From positions 256,001 through 320,000 of the forward strand of contig CAXNJO010000006.1 in assembly GCA_964202905.1 (NCBI GenBank): a DNA stretch of 64,000 nt. Direction: 5' to 3'. The stretch is from Polyangiales bacterium (lineage in GTDB: Bacteria; Myxococcota_A; Polyangia; Polyangiales; JADJQN01). A program made the translations under genes and the position numbers. Positions 1-9,915 of the stretch are shown here, piece by piece (positions within the stretch are counted from its first letter, which is position 1; every line of letters begins with the position of its first letter). The notes under the pieces were generated by a model. The model was not told where the DNA came from. It did not search any database and was given only the letters and a program-made list of their open reading frames with translations.

Positions 1-3000
1 CGCTTCAGCTCCGTCGCGTAGCGGTCGAGCGGGTGCCCGCTCACGTAGAAGCCGAGCGTCGCCTTCTCGCGCGCGAGCATCTCGCGGACGTCCCACGGCT
101 CGCAGGCCGGGTAGTCCTGCGCGCGCGGCGGCGTCCCCGCCGTCGGGCCCCCCGCGCCTCCGCCGAGCAGCCCGAAGAGGCTCGTCTGCCCGCTCGCGCG
201 CTCGGCCGACATCCGCTTGCCGCGCTCGAGCGCAGCCTCGATCGCCGCGAGCCCCTGCGCCCGCGCGACGCCGAGCGGCTTGTGCACCGCATCGAAACCG
301 CCCGACTGCACGAGCGCCTCGCACACGTTCTTGTTCACGCGGCGCACGTCCACGCGCGCGCAGAAATCGAACAGATCGCGGAAGGGCTCGCCTTGCGTCG
401 CGGCGCCGGGCTTCTTCGCGCCGTTCCCGTCAGCGGCGCCCGACTCGCCTCGCCGCACCTCGACGATGGCCTCGATCGCGCTCTGCCCGACGCCCTTCAG
501 CCCGCCGAGCCCGAAGCGGATGCGCGGGCCGAGCGGGTCGCGCACCACCCCGCCGAGCGCGACGGGTTCGTTCGGTCGGCGCTTCTTCTGGCCCTTCGTC
601 GCGGCCTGCGCCGTCGCCGCGTCGTAGACGACGGTGAAGTCGACGTCGCTCTCGTTGACGTCGGGCGGCAGCACCATGACACCCATGCTGCGCGCCTCGT
701 TCACGGTGCGGACGACCTTCTCGATCTTGTCCTTGTCCGCGCTCAGCGTCGCGCAGACGAACTCCGCGGGGAAATGCGCCTTGAGATACGCGGTCTGATA
801 GGTGATGAGCGCGTACGCCGCAGAGTGGGATTTGTTGAAACCGTATCCCGAGAAATAATCGATGAGCCCGAACACCGACTCGGCCTCTTCGGCGGTGTGG
901 CCCTTCTTCTGCGCACCCTCGACGAAGGTGGCTTTTTGCTGGGCCATCTCCTCCGCCTTCTTCTTGCCCATCGCGCGTCGCAGCAGATCCGCGCCGCCGA
1001 GCGAGTAGCCGGCCATCTCCTGCGCGGCCTGCATGACCTGCTCCTGATAGACGATGACGCCGTACGTGTCTTTGAGGATCTTCTCGAGACACCTGTGCGG
1101 ATACACCACCTTCACGCGCCCGTGCTTGCGCTGGACGAAGTCGTCCACCATCCCCGACCCGAGCGGGCCGGGACGGTAGAGCGCGACCGCGGCGATCACG
1201 TCCTCGAAACAATCGGGCTTCAGCTTCTGGAAGAGCCCCTGCATCCCGGAAGACTCGAGCTGGAAGACGTTGGTCGTCTCACCCGAGGTCAGCAGCGCAT
1301 AGGTGGCTTTGTCGTCGAGCGGGATGTGCTCGAGCACGAACGCCTTGTCCTGCCGGTCAGGGCGCTTGTTGACGAGCTTCACGGCGAGATCGATGACCGT
1401 GAGTGTCTTCAGACCGAGGAAATCGAACTTGACGAGGCCCGCCGCCTCGACGTCGTCCTTGTGATACTGCGTGACGTATTCGCCCGGCTCCGGGCAGAAG
1501 ACGGGCACGTTGTCCCAGAGCGGCCCCTCGCTGATCACGACGCCCGCCGCGTGCATGCCCGCGTGCCGCGTCAGGTCCTCGAGGCGCATCGCCGTGTCGA
1601 GCAGGTCGCGGATCTGCGGGTTCTCGCCGTAGAGCGCCTTGAGCTTCGGCTCCTGCTCCATCGCGTCCTTGATGGGGACGCTCTTGCCCTGCACGGGCTC
1701 GGGGATGAGCGCCGCGATCTTGCCCGCGTCGAGGGGCGTCATCTTCATCACGCGCCCGACGTCGCGGACGACGCTCTTGCTCTTCAAGAGGTGGAACGTC
1801 GCGATCTGCCCGACGGATGAACGTCCGTATTTGCCGCGCACGTACTCGATGACGCGGTCGCGGTTGTCCATGCAGAAATCGATGTCGAAGTCCGGCATCG
1901 ACACGCGCTCGGGGTTGAGGAAGCGCTCGAAGAGGAGCCCGTAGGGAATCGGATCGATGTCCGTGATCCGCAGCGCGTAGGCCGCGATCGCGCCCGCGCC
2001 CGAGCCGCGTCCCGGGCCCACCGGACACCCGTTCTCCTTCGCCCAGTTGATGAAGTCCTGGACGATCAGGAAATAGCCGGGAAACCCCATCTGCACGACG
2101 ACGTCCGTCTCCCAGGCGAGTCGCGCGCGATAGGCCTCCTCGTCCACGCGCTTGCCGACCGCGGCGAACTCGTCGAAGCGCCGCTCGAGCCCGGCCTTCG
2201 CGAGGCTGCGGAACAACGCCTCTTCCGTGACGGCGGGCGTGTCGGCCGTCGCCTCGGGCATCGGGAAGCGCGGCAGCGTCGGTTTGCGGTTCGGCGTCGC
2301 CTGGCCCGCGCACATCTCCGCGATGCGCAGCGTGTTCGCGAGCGCGCCGTCGACGTGGCCGAAGATCGCCTCCATCTCGCCCGGCGAGCGCACGTGGATC
2401 TGGTCGGAGCCGTGGTGCGCGCGCTCGACCTCCTCGACCGTGCGCCCCGCGGCGATGCACGAGAGGATCATCTGCGCGCGGGCGTCCTTCTGCTCGAGGT
2501 AGTGGCAGTCGTTGGACGCGACGACGGGCACGTCGAGGTCCCGCGCGAGACCGACGAGCACGCTGTTGAGCGGCTTCTGCTCGTGCAGCCCGTGGTCCTG
2601 CAACTCCACGAACACCGACCCGGGCTCGAAGGTGTCGCGCAGCCGCGCGAGCGCGTCGCGCCCCGCGCGCGGCCCGCGGATCAGCACCTCCTGCGCGAGG
2701 TAGCCGCCCATGCAGCCCGTGAGCGCGACGAGCCCACGGTGGTGCTCGCGCAGCAGGTCGAAGTCGACCCGCGGCACGCCCTGCACGAGGCCCTCGACCC
2801 AGCCGCGCGACACGATGCGCACCAAGTTCTGGTAGCCCTCCTGGCTCTTCGCGAGCAGGACGAGATGGTAGTGGCTGCGCTGCGCGACGTCGTCGCGACG
2901 GCCCGGCACGACGTTCACCTCGGCGCCGAGGATCGGCTTGATGCCGGCCTCCTTGCAGTACTTCGTGAGCTGCACGGCGCCGAACATGCTGCCGTGATCC

Positions 3001-3119
3001 GTCACCGCGACCGCCGGCATCCCGAGCGTCTTCACGCGGTCGACGAGCGATTTCAGCCGGATCGACGAGTCCAGCATCGAGTACTGCGAGTGGACGTGGA
3101 GATGGACGAACTCGGGCAT
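1..3119 (-). CDS. dnaE: DNA polymerase III alpha subunit (3' end runs off the window)
   Basis: Manual translation from ATG 3119: MPEFVHLHVHSQYSMLD...AVTDHG (PHP domain), GPGRGSGAG, FERFLNPERVSMPDFDIDF, YGFNKSHSAAY, LGFYVSGHPL. It is missing from the ORF track because there is no stop in the window. Confidence 0.97.
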   Translation of the reverse strand, partial: MPEFVHLHVHSQYSMLDSSIRLKSLVDRVKTLGMPAVAVTDHGSMFGAVQLTKYCKEAGIKPILGAEVNVVPGRRDDVAQRSHYHLVLLAKSQEGYQNLVRIVSRGWVEGLVQGVPRVDFDLLREHHRGLVALTGCMGGYLAQEVLIRGPRAGRDALARLRDTFEPGSVFVELQDHGLHEQKPLNSVLVGLARDLDVPVVASNDCHYLEQKDARAQMILSCIAAGRTVEEVERAHHGSDQIHVRSPGEMEAIFGHVDGALANTLRIAEMCAGQATPNRKPTLPRFPMPEATADTPAVTEEALFRSLAKAGLERRFDEFAAVGKRVDEEAYRARLAWETDVVVQMGFPGYFLIVQDFINWAKENGCPVGPGRGSGAGAIAAYALRITDIDPIPYGLLFERFLNPERVSMPDFDIDFCMDNRDRVIEYVRGKYGRSSVGQIATFHLLKSKSVVRDVGRVMKMTPLDAGKIAALIPEPVQGKSVPIKDAMEQEPKLKALYGENPQIRDLLDTAMRLEDLTRHAGMHAAGVVISEGPLWDNVPVFCPEPGEYVTQYHKDDVEAAGLVKFDFLGLKTLTVIDLAVKLVNKRPDRQDKAFVLEHIPLDDKATYALLTSGETTNVFQLESSGMQGLFQKLKPDCFEDVIAAVALYRPGPLGSGMVDDFVQRKHGRVKVVYPHRCLEKILKDTYGVIVYQEQVMQAAQEMAGYSLGGADLLRRAMGKKKAEEMAQQKATFVEGAQKKGHTAEEAESVFGLIDYFSGYGFNKSHSAAYALITYQTAYLKAHFPAEFVCATLSADKDKIEKVVRTVNEARSMGVMVLPPDVNESDVDFTVVYDAATAQAATKGQKKRRPNEPVALGGVVRDPLGPRIRFGLGGLKGVGQSAIEAIVEVRRGESGAADGNGAKKPGAATQGEPFRDLFDFCARVDVRRVNKNVCEALVQSGGFDAVHKPLGVARAQGLAAIEAALERGKRMSAERASGQTSLFGLLGGGAGGPTAGTPPRAQDYPACEPWDVREMLAREKATLGFYVSGHPLDRYATELK

Positions 3120-3255
3120 GGGGCACCCCTAGTACCGGGGTGGCCTGCGGGTGTAAAGCGTCGCTGCGCGTCGCGGCGTCGCGGGTGTCGGCGCAGCGAT
3201 GCGTTGCGCCGGCGCGACGGGGATGCTACGAAGCGCGCCCTCTCGGGAGAACGCA

Positions 3256-3768
3256 ATGACGAAGAAGTCGCCGCTCGCTCAGCTCACGGAGCGCTTCACG
3301 GACAAGGCCGGCCTCATCAAGGCCGTCGAGGGGCTCGCGTCGGGCGACCTCTGGATCGCACGCACGAACGCCGACAAGGGTCTGGCGCACGTCTCGAACG
3401 CGAAGCTCCTGAAGCTCCACGCCACCCTCAGCACCGTGCAGAAGGAGTTCGGCTCGCGCGCCGGGCTCATCATGGCGATCCTCACCGCCGAGAAGCGCAC
3501 GAAGGACGAGGGCTACAAGGCCCGGCTCGAGAAGTACCCGACGCCGCGCCTCCTCGACGCGCAGCGCGCGGCTGCCAAGCGCCTGAAGGCCGCCTCGGCG
3601 CCGAAGCGTAAGGCCGCACCGAAGGCCGCACCGGCGGTGAAGGGTGCCGCGGCGAAGGCCGTGGCGCCGAAGGGCGGCGCCAAGAAGGCCGCCCCGGCGA
3701 AGGGCGCCGCCAAGAAGACGGTCGCCAAGAAGGCGGCCCCCGCGAAGAAGTCCGCCAAGCGCGGCTGA
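3256..3768 (+). CDS. Hypothetical protein with Lys/Ala-rich histone H1-like C-terminal tail
   Basis: GGAGA RBS before ATG 3256. Helical N-domain followed by KAAPKAAP...KKAAPAKK repeats. Confidence 0.8.
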   Translation: MTKKSPLAQLTERFTDKAGLIKAVEGLASGDLWIARTNADKGLAHVSNAKLLKLHATLSTVQKEFGSRAGLIMAILTAEKRTKDEGYKARLEKYPTPRLLDAQRAAAKRLKAASAPKRKAAPKAAPAVKGAAAKAVAPKGGAKKAAPAKGAAKKTVAKKAAPAKKSAKRG

Positions 3769-4045
3769 TCGCGGGTGCTCCCTCCGGGCGCGTCGGACGC
3801 TTCGCGGCGTTCCCGGCGCGCCCTTTGGTATTCCGTCGACCGGGTGTGTCCGGGCCTCCTCCCCTTGCGCGATCACGGGCGGAACCCCGGCGCCGCGCCG
3901 TTGTCGGAGCGGGCATGGCCTCTACGCAGAGTCCGGAGCATCGCGCTGCGCCAGACCTGACGGCGCGCGTGCCCTCGCGGGCGCGGCCTGTTAGGCTCGG
4001 GCGCGCCGGCGCGAGGCCGGCTGGACGCCCCGTCGTCGGGGCGAG

Positions 4046-4711
4046 GTGAACCACGTGGCCGCATCCCCGCAGCTCGTCGCTCCCACGTCGCAGGTCGAGC
4101 CCCTCGACCCGGAGCTTCTCGCGCTCCCGGCGCCGCCGCGTGCGCGACGGGTGCTCTCGGCGGCGCTCATGCTCGCCACGGTCCTCGCGTCGCTCGCGCT
4201 GCTCGGCGCGATCCGCGCGGACCTCGGCTACTTCTTCGCCGAGGAGCGGGCCATCGACCTCGGCGACGCGACCACGCTCGACGTCGCGTCGTTGACGACG
4301 AACCGCTTCGTCCGTGTCGTCGGCACGCCGATGGCCTCGGGCACGGTGCACGTGCAACGGGTGCTCGGCGGCGAGACCAGCGCGGTCTTTCCGCTCGCGG
4401 GTCAGCGCGCGCTCCTCGTCTCGGCGCCGATCGCCGGGCGCGACGAGGAGGCGCGGCTCTCGCGTCGCGAGTGGAGCGGACGGCTCGTCACCTTCGGGCA
4501 GCTCGGCGGCCGGCTCTCCGGCGTGCGCGCCTACCTGCGGGACCGCGTCGAACTCCCCGTCACTCGGGATTCCTACGTGCTCCTCGCCGACGAGCCGCCC
4601 GGCGCCTACGGCTGGGCACTCGGGCTCGCGCTGATCTGCTTGGCGTTCGTGGCGGTCAACCTCGCGCTCGTGGTCCGGTGGTTCCGGCCCGCGCCGGCGG
4701 CCGGGCGCTGA
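4046..4711 (+). CDS. Hypothetical membrane protein (2 TM flanking a soluble domain)
   Basis: Hydrophobic segments near both ends; strong GC3 codon bias. Confidence 0.7.
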   Translation: MNHVAASPQLVAPTSQVEPLDPELLALPAPPRARRVLSAALMLATVLASLALLGAIRADLGYFFAEERAIDLGDATTLDVASLTTNRFVRVVGTPMASGTVHVQRVLGGETSAVFPLAGQRALLVSAPIAGRDEEARLSRREWSGRLVTFGQLGGRLSGVRAYLRDRVELPVTRDSYVLLADEPPGAYGWALGLALICLAFVAVNLALVVRWFRPAPAAGR

Positions 4712-4794
4712 GCCCCGGGGCGTCCCCGGATGGGGGCGCGCGAGGTCGCTGGCGGCTGCGGCGCGTTCCGCGATAGGGTGCGGCCGTCGCCGCC

Positions 4795-6606
4795 ATGTCG
4801 TCGTTCCCGCGCGCTGCCCTGCCGCCCACCGATCACGTCGCGCGCGCGCTGTTGCAGCGTGGAGCGCGTGAGTCCGCGCTGCTCCTGCTGCGCGCCGCCG
4901 TCCGGCGGGACGCGGGCGAACGGGCCTGCGCCGCGCTGCTGAAGGCGCTCGAAGCGCGGCCCGATGCGTCCGTCGCAGGGCCTGAGATCGCGCTCGATCT
5001 CGCGCTGATCGACGCCTACGTCGCGCGCGGGATGCTGCTCGAGGCCCGCGCTCTGTTGACCGGAACGGGGCTCGATCGCGGGAGCGAGGGCGGTGCGCGC
5101 GCCCGCGCGCTCGACACGCTGATCGCGCCGATCCCGGCGGATGCGTCCCCGGCCCTCGCGGAGGCCGCGCGTCATCTCCTCGACGGGGGCGCCGCGCTCG
5201 CGCTCTCGCTCCTCGACGAGCAACACCGCCGGGGGGGACCCCTGCCTCCCTGGGCGGAGGAGCGCCGCCGGACGCTCTGCCAACTGCTCATCGATCGCGC
5301 CGAACACGGCGACATGTCCGGAGCGGGCCCTGCCGCGCGCGCCGTGCCTGGCGGACCAGCGGACGTCCGCGCGGACGTCGGACGTCTGATTCTGGCGCGC
5401 GAGGTCCCCCACGCGCTCGAGCGACTGCGGGCGCACGCGATGGCGGCGCCCCGGGACGTCGATGCCGCGGTCGCGGCGACGGCCCTCGAGCGACTCTGGA
5501 CGACGCTGCAAGGTCGCGAGGCGCAGCCCGCCGACTACGGCGGCATGCGCACGGTGCCCATGAGCCCGAGCCACGTCGGCGACCTCAACGTGCGGATGGG
5601 CAACCTCGGCGAGGCGGAGCGGATCTACCGGCGCATCGTCATGGACGACCCGACGAGCGCCGTCGCGCGCGCGACGCTCGACGATGTCCAGGCGGTCCGC
5701 CGCTACCTCGATCCGGCGGTCGGCGCCCCGACGCCGCTCGCCGGCATTCCGCGGGCCGCGGTCGACGCGGCGATCGCCCGCGAAGCCGAGATCGGCACGC
5801 GCGCCACCGAGCCCGTGCACGTCCCGGCGATCGACACGATCGAGACGGCCGCGCTCGCCGCGTCGCGCGCCACCCTGGCGCCTCCCACCCGCCCGGCGTT
5901 TGCCGCGCCCGGCCTGTCTGGCCCGGGGGCGTCGTGGTCCGGGGCCGAGGAGCTCGGCGCGGGCGGCGCGGAAGACGGCTACGCGGCGATGACCCATTTT
6001 CCGGGGATGCCGGAGGAGTCGACGCGTCGCGTCGCGGACGCCGACCTCGCGGCCCTGCGCGCTGCGGCCCGGTCCCCGGAGCGCGGCGTCGCGGCGCCCC
6101 GGGAGCGCGTCGATGCCGGGGCACCGCCCGTTGCACTCTCGAAGAAGGGCGCGGCCGCGGCGGCGCCGGTCGCCGCGGGGTACGGGTCGTCGCGCCCCGC
6201 TGCCGCCCGGGAATCCGACGATTGGGACGACGACGCGGCCACCGGCGTCATCGCGCCCGCCGTCGAGGCGGAGCTGCTGCTCAAGCAGGGTTTTGCCGAG
6301 CGCGCGCTGGCGGCGTTTCGCATGCTCGCAGCGCACGAGCCGGGCAACGAGCGCCTCGCGCGCCGCGTCGCCGAGATCGAAGCGCTCATCGCGCTCGAGC
6401 GGGCGCCGATGCCGGGCGAGCAGACGGTGCGCCGCGACATCAGCGCGCTGCAGCACGCCGCGCGACCGACGGCCCGCCTCCACGTCCCCGAGGATGTGCG
6501 CGCCTCGGCCGAGCGTGTGTCTCTGCCGCGCGCGCCTGCCGGGCCGCTCCCCGGCGTGCCCACCACCGGCGTCGTGCGCGTGCAGCGGGTCATCATCCTC
6601 CGCTGA
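4795..6606 (+). CDS. TPR-like repeat protein with low-complexity linker
   Basis: TPR-like segments GNLGEAERIYRRIVMDDP and AELLLKQGFAERALAAFRMLAAHEPGN. Confidence 0.7.
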   Translation: MSSFPRAALPPTDHVARALLQRGARESALLLLRAAVRRDAGERACAALLKALEARPDASVAGPEIALDLALIDAYVARGMLLEARALLTGTGLDRGSEGGARARALDTLIAPIPADASPALAEAARHLLDGGAALALSLLDEQHRRGGPLPPWAEERRRTLCQLLIDRAEHGDMSGAGPAARAVPGGPADVRADVGRLILAREVPHALERLRAHAMAAPRDVDAAVAATALERLWTTLQGREAQPADYGGMRTVPMSPSHVGDLNVRMGNLGEAERIYRRIVMDDPTSAVARATLDDVQAVRRYLDPAVGAPTPLAGIPRAAVDAAIAREAEIGTRATEPVHVPAIDTIETAALAASRATLAPPTRPAFAAPGLSGPGASWSGAEELGAGGAEDGYAAMTHFPGMPEESTRRVADADLAALRAAARSPERGVAAPRERVDAGAPPVALSKKGAAAAAPVAAGYGSSRPAAARESDDWDDDAATGVIAPAVEAELLLKQGFAERALAAFRMLAAHEPGNERLARRVAEIEALIALERAPMPGEQTVRRDISALQHAARPTARLHVPEDVRASAERVSLPRAPAGPLPGVPTTGVVRVQRVIILR

Positions 6607-6652
6607 GCGACCGCCAGCCCGTGGCCGCCGTCACGTCACGCGACGACGGCGA

Positions 6653-7717
6653 TCAGAAGTTGCCCCAGTCGAGGTAGGCCGCGACGAGGCGGTCCCCGAA
6701 GAAGAAGAACTCCATCGCGCCGACCGCGAGGAAGGGCCCGAAGGGCACCTTGAGCCGCCCTGCGTGCGCGGCGTCCTCCGCGGCGGCAGCGGCGCCTGCG
6801 GCTGCGTCGTGGGCGTCTGCGGCTGCGTCGGCTGCCGGCGCGATGGCGATTTCCCCTTGGCGATCGGCGGTTTGCGCCTTCCCGCCCTCGCGCTGCGGGG
6901 CGTCGCGCGTGTCACCATCGGCGGTTGCAGGCGTTGCCGCGGGGCGGTCGGCGGACGGCGTCGGGGCGTCGTCGGTCGCCACACCGGCGGGGGTCGTCGA
7001 GCGACCCGTCGCGATCAGGACCCCGGCGACGACCATCCCCTGCGCCGCGCCGGCGACGAGCGCGAAGAGCGCGCCCTGCCAGCCGAGCCACGCGCCGATC
7101 ATCGCGAGCAGCTTCGCGTCGCCCTCGCCCATGCCGCGCCGGCCGGTGAAGTGCTCGTAGACCCAGACGAACAGCACCTGCACGGCGAGGTAGCCACCGC
7201 CCGCGCCGAGGGCCGCGTCGCCTGCGCCGGGCAGCGCGCGCAGCGGCGCGGTCGCGAGGCCCAGCGCGGCGCCGGGGAGCGACACCTCGTCGGGGATCTC
7301 CATGAAGTCGAGGTCCACGAAGGTCGCGACGAGCAGCCCGCCCGCGAACGCGAAGTACGCGAGCGCCTCGAGCGCCGCGGGTAGCGCCTCGGTCCCTGCG
7401 GCGGCGTGCACCACGAGGCGTTCGGCGATGGCGAGGCAGAGCAGGCCCCCGAGCGCTTCGACCATCGGGTAGCGCGGCGAGATCGGCGCGCCGCAGCACT
7501 CCGCGCGGCCGCGGAGCACGAGCCAGCCGAGGATCGGCACGTTGCGGAAGGGGCGGATCGGCGCGCCGCACGCCGGGCAGTGGCTCGGCGGGCTGACGAC
7601 GCTCATCCCGCGCGGCCAGCGGTGGATCGCGACGTTGAAGAAGCTGCCCCAGAGCGCACCGAAGAAGAACGCGGCGAGGCGGACGAACGAGGCGGGCAGG
7701 TCGTGCGCGAGGATCAC
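6653..7717 (-). CDS. pilD: Type IV prepilin peptidase (A24)
   Basis: GSFFNVAIHRWP, SHCPACG, RGRAECCG Zn motif, GMGEGDAKL, VPFGPFLA. Confidence 0.93.
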   Translation of the reverse strand: MILAHDLPASFVRLAAFFFGALWGSFFNVAIHRWPRGMSVVSPPSHCPACGAPIRPFRNVPILGWLVLRGRAECCGAPISPRYPMVEALGGLLCLAIAERLVVHAAAGTEALPAALEALAYFAFAGGLLVATFVDLDFMEIPDEVSLPGAALGLATAPLRALPGAGDAALGAGGGYLAVQVLFVWVYEHFTGRRGMGEGDAKLLAMIGAWLGWQGALFALVAGAAQGMVVAGVLIATGRSTTPAGVATDDAPTPSADRPAATPATADGDTRDAPQREGGKAQTADRQGEIAIAPAADAAADAHDAAAGAAAAAEDAAHAGRLKVPFGPFLAVGAMEFFFFGDRLVAAYLDWGNF

Positions 7718-7760
7718 GGCGGGGGCCGCAGCCTAGCAGCGGGCGCCGTGGACCGCGCGA

Positions 7761-8459
7761 TCAGTCGTCGCGGCGGCTGCCCCCGAAGACGCCGAGCCGC
7801 ATGAGGAAGTAGAGCAGCGTCAGGACGCTCGTCAGCGCCGCGGCGACGTACGTGAGGGCGGCGGCGCTGAGCACGCTCGAGACGCCCGCGCGCTCCGTGT
7901 CGACGATCAGCCCGCGCTCCCAGAGGATCGCCTTGGCGCGCGCGGAGGCGTCGAGCTCGACGGGGAGCGTCACGAGTTGGAAGAGCACCACGCTGCCGAA
8001 GAGCAGCACCCCGAGCCACGCGATCGCGATCGCCTGCGTCATGACGCCGATGCCGAAGAGGATGAACGCGAAGTTCGAGCCGAAACTCGCGACGGGGACC
8101 GCGAGGTTGCGCAGCGCGAGCGGGCCGTATTCGTCGCGGTGCTGCAGGGCGTGCCCGACCTCGTGCGCGGCGACGGCGAGCGACGCGACGCTGCGCCCGT
8201 GGAAGACGTCGGGGGAGAGCCGCACGACGCGCTCGCGCGGGTCGTAGTGGTCGCTGAGCATCCCGTGCGAGGCCTCGACGCGCACGGCGCGCAGGTCGCT
8301 CGCGTCGAGGATGTAGCGGGCCGTCTCCGCGCCCGAGAGGCCGCGCGCCCCGGGGACCGCGGACCACTTGCGAAAGCGTCCGCGCGTGAGCGCCGACGCG
8401 ATCACGGCGAGCACCATGGCCGGGCCGACGAAGAGCAGGTACGCGGGGTCGAAGTACAT
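7761..8459 (-). CDS. Putative neutral zinc metallopeptidase (YugP/Zn_peptidase_2 family), membrane
   Basis: LSDHYDP, AVAAHEVGHALQH (HExxH), TLPVELDASARA, AAALTYVAA. Start at MYFDP. Confidence 0.9.
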   Translation of the reverse strand: MYFDPAYLLFVGPAMVLAVIASALTRGRFRKWSAVPGARGLSGAETARYILDASDLRAVRVEASHGMLSDHYDPRERVVRLSPDVFHGRSVASLAVAAHEVGHALQHRDEYGPLALRNLAVPVASFGSNFAFILFGIGVMTQAIAIAWLGVLLFGSVVLFQLVTLPVELDASARAKAILWERGLIVDTERAGVSSVLSAAALTYVAAALTSVLTLLYFLMRLGVFGGSRRDD

Positions 8460-8693
8460 GGCCGGGTCGATGTAAGGCGCCCGCCGTCGTTGGCAATGCC
8501 CGGCCTTGCGCGCCCGGCGGGAGCGCGGTCGTGCGCGCGCGCTATGCTCGGCCGCCGTGAGCCGCCGCGCGATCCGCGTCCCCGCCCCGCAGGACGCCTC
8601 TTCTCCGATGCCCGTGGGCCGTCTCGCCGTCCTCGCGCGAGGCTCTCGCGCGCGGTTCGCCGTCGACGAGGTCGTCGTCGTCGGGTGGCGGCC

Positions 8694-9806
8694 GTGACGG
8701 GCGGGCGCGAGCCCCGTGCGCTGCTGTCGGAGGCGCGCCGCGTCGTCGTGAAGATCGGCAGCAAGTCGATCGCGCGTGGCGAGACGCCGGGTGCGGGGCG
8801 CTTCGCGCAGGTCGCCGGGCAGGTGGCCCGCGCGCGGCAGCGTGGGCAGAGCGTGGTGCTCGTGTCGTCGGGCGCGATCGCGCTCGGCTTCGAGCGGCTC
8901 GGCATGAAGAGCCGTCCGCAGACGATCGCGCTGCTCCAGGCGAGCGCGGCCGCGGGGCAGTCGCAGCTCATGCGCGCGTACGAGGACGCGTTCGCGGCGC
9001 ATGCGCTGCCGGTCGCGCAGATCCTGCTCACGCACGCGGACCTCGCCGACCGCGATCGCTACCTCAACGCGCGCGCCGCGCTCGAGGCGCTCGTCGAGCT
9101 CGGCGCGGTGCCCATCATCAACGAGAACGACACCGTCTCCGTCGAGGAGATCAAGTTCGGCGACAACGACCAGCTCGCCGGGATGGTCGCGACGCTCGTC
9201 GGCGCCGAGCTGCTCGTGCTGCTCACGGACGTCGAGGGTCTGCTCGACGCGGACGGGGCGCGCGTCCCGCTCGTCGCCGACGTGGGCGAGGCGACCTCGC
9301 TCGTCCGCGCGACGACGAGCGACGTGGGCACCGGCGGCATGGCCAGCAAGCTCGCCTCCGCGCGGGCAGCGACGCGGCGCGGCGTCCCGGTCGTCGTCGC
9401 CGACGCGCGCGACCCGGAGATCCTCGACCGCATCGTGCGTGGCGAGGACGTGGGCACGCTCTTCCTGCCGCAGGGCGCGGCGCTCGCGAGCCGCAAGCAC
9501 TGGATCGGCTTCACGCTCAAGCCACGCGGCGTGCTGCTCGTCGACGCGGGCGCGGCGCGCGCGGTGAGCGGCGGCGACAAGAGCCTGCTGGCGCGCGGCG
9601 TGGTCGGCGTGCGCGGCGACTTCGAGGCTGGCGACCCGGTGTCGATCGTCGGTCCCGAGGGCGCCGAGGTCGCGCGCGGTCTCGCCCGCTACGACACGCG
9701 CGACGTCTCGCGGCTCGCGGGCGTGCAGAGCCGTGAGATCGAGGCGCGGCTCGGGCGCGCGGGCTCCGCGGAGATCGTGCACGCCGACGACCTCGTCGTG
9801 GTGTGA
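8694..9806 (+). CDS. proB: Glutamate 5-kinase with PUA domain
   Basis: VVKIGS, VSSGAIALG, PIINENDTV, FGDNDQL, GTGGMASK, C-terminal PUA ending VHADDLVV. Confidence 0.96.
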   Translation: MTGGREPRALLSEARRVVVKIGSKSIARGETPGAGRFAQVAGQVARARQRGQSVVLVSSGAIALGFERLGMKSRPQTIALLQASAAAGQSQLMRAYEDAFAAHALPVAQILLTHADLADRDRYLNARAALEALVELGAVPIINENDTVSVEEIKFGDNDQLAGMVATLVGAELLVLLTDVEGLLDADGARVPLVADVGEATSLVRATTSDVGTGGMASKLASARAATRRGVPVVVADARDPEILDRIVRGEDVGTLFLPQGAALASRKHWIGFTLKPRGVLLVDAGAARAVSGGDKSLLARGVVGVRGDFEAGDPVSIVGPEGAEVARGLARYDTRDVSRLAGVQSREIEARLGRAGSAEIVHADDLVVV

Positions 9807-9915
9807 GGCGTCGCGCCCCGCGGCGTCCACGGCGCGTCGCCGTGTGACGAGGCGCTGGCCGCGGCCGTTGCGCCGTGATCCCGATGGTGCCAACGTCGCG
9901 CCGGTGCAGGAGCGC

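Noticed and set aside
385..630. Insertions in DnaE as a possible intein
   Set aside because: They are short and low-complexity, with no Cys/Ser start, His-Asn end or LAGLIDADG motif.
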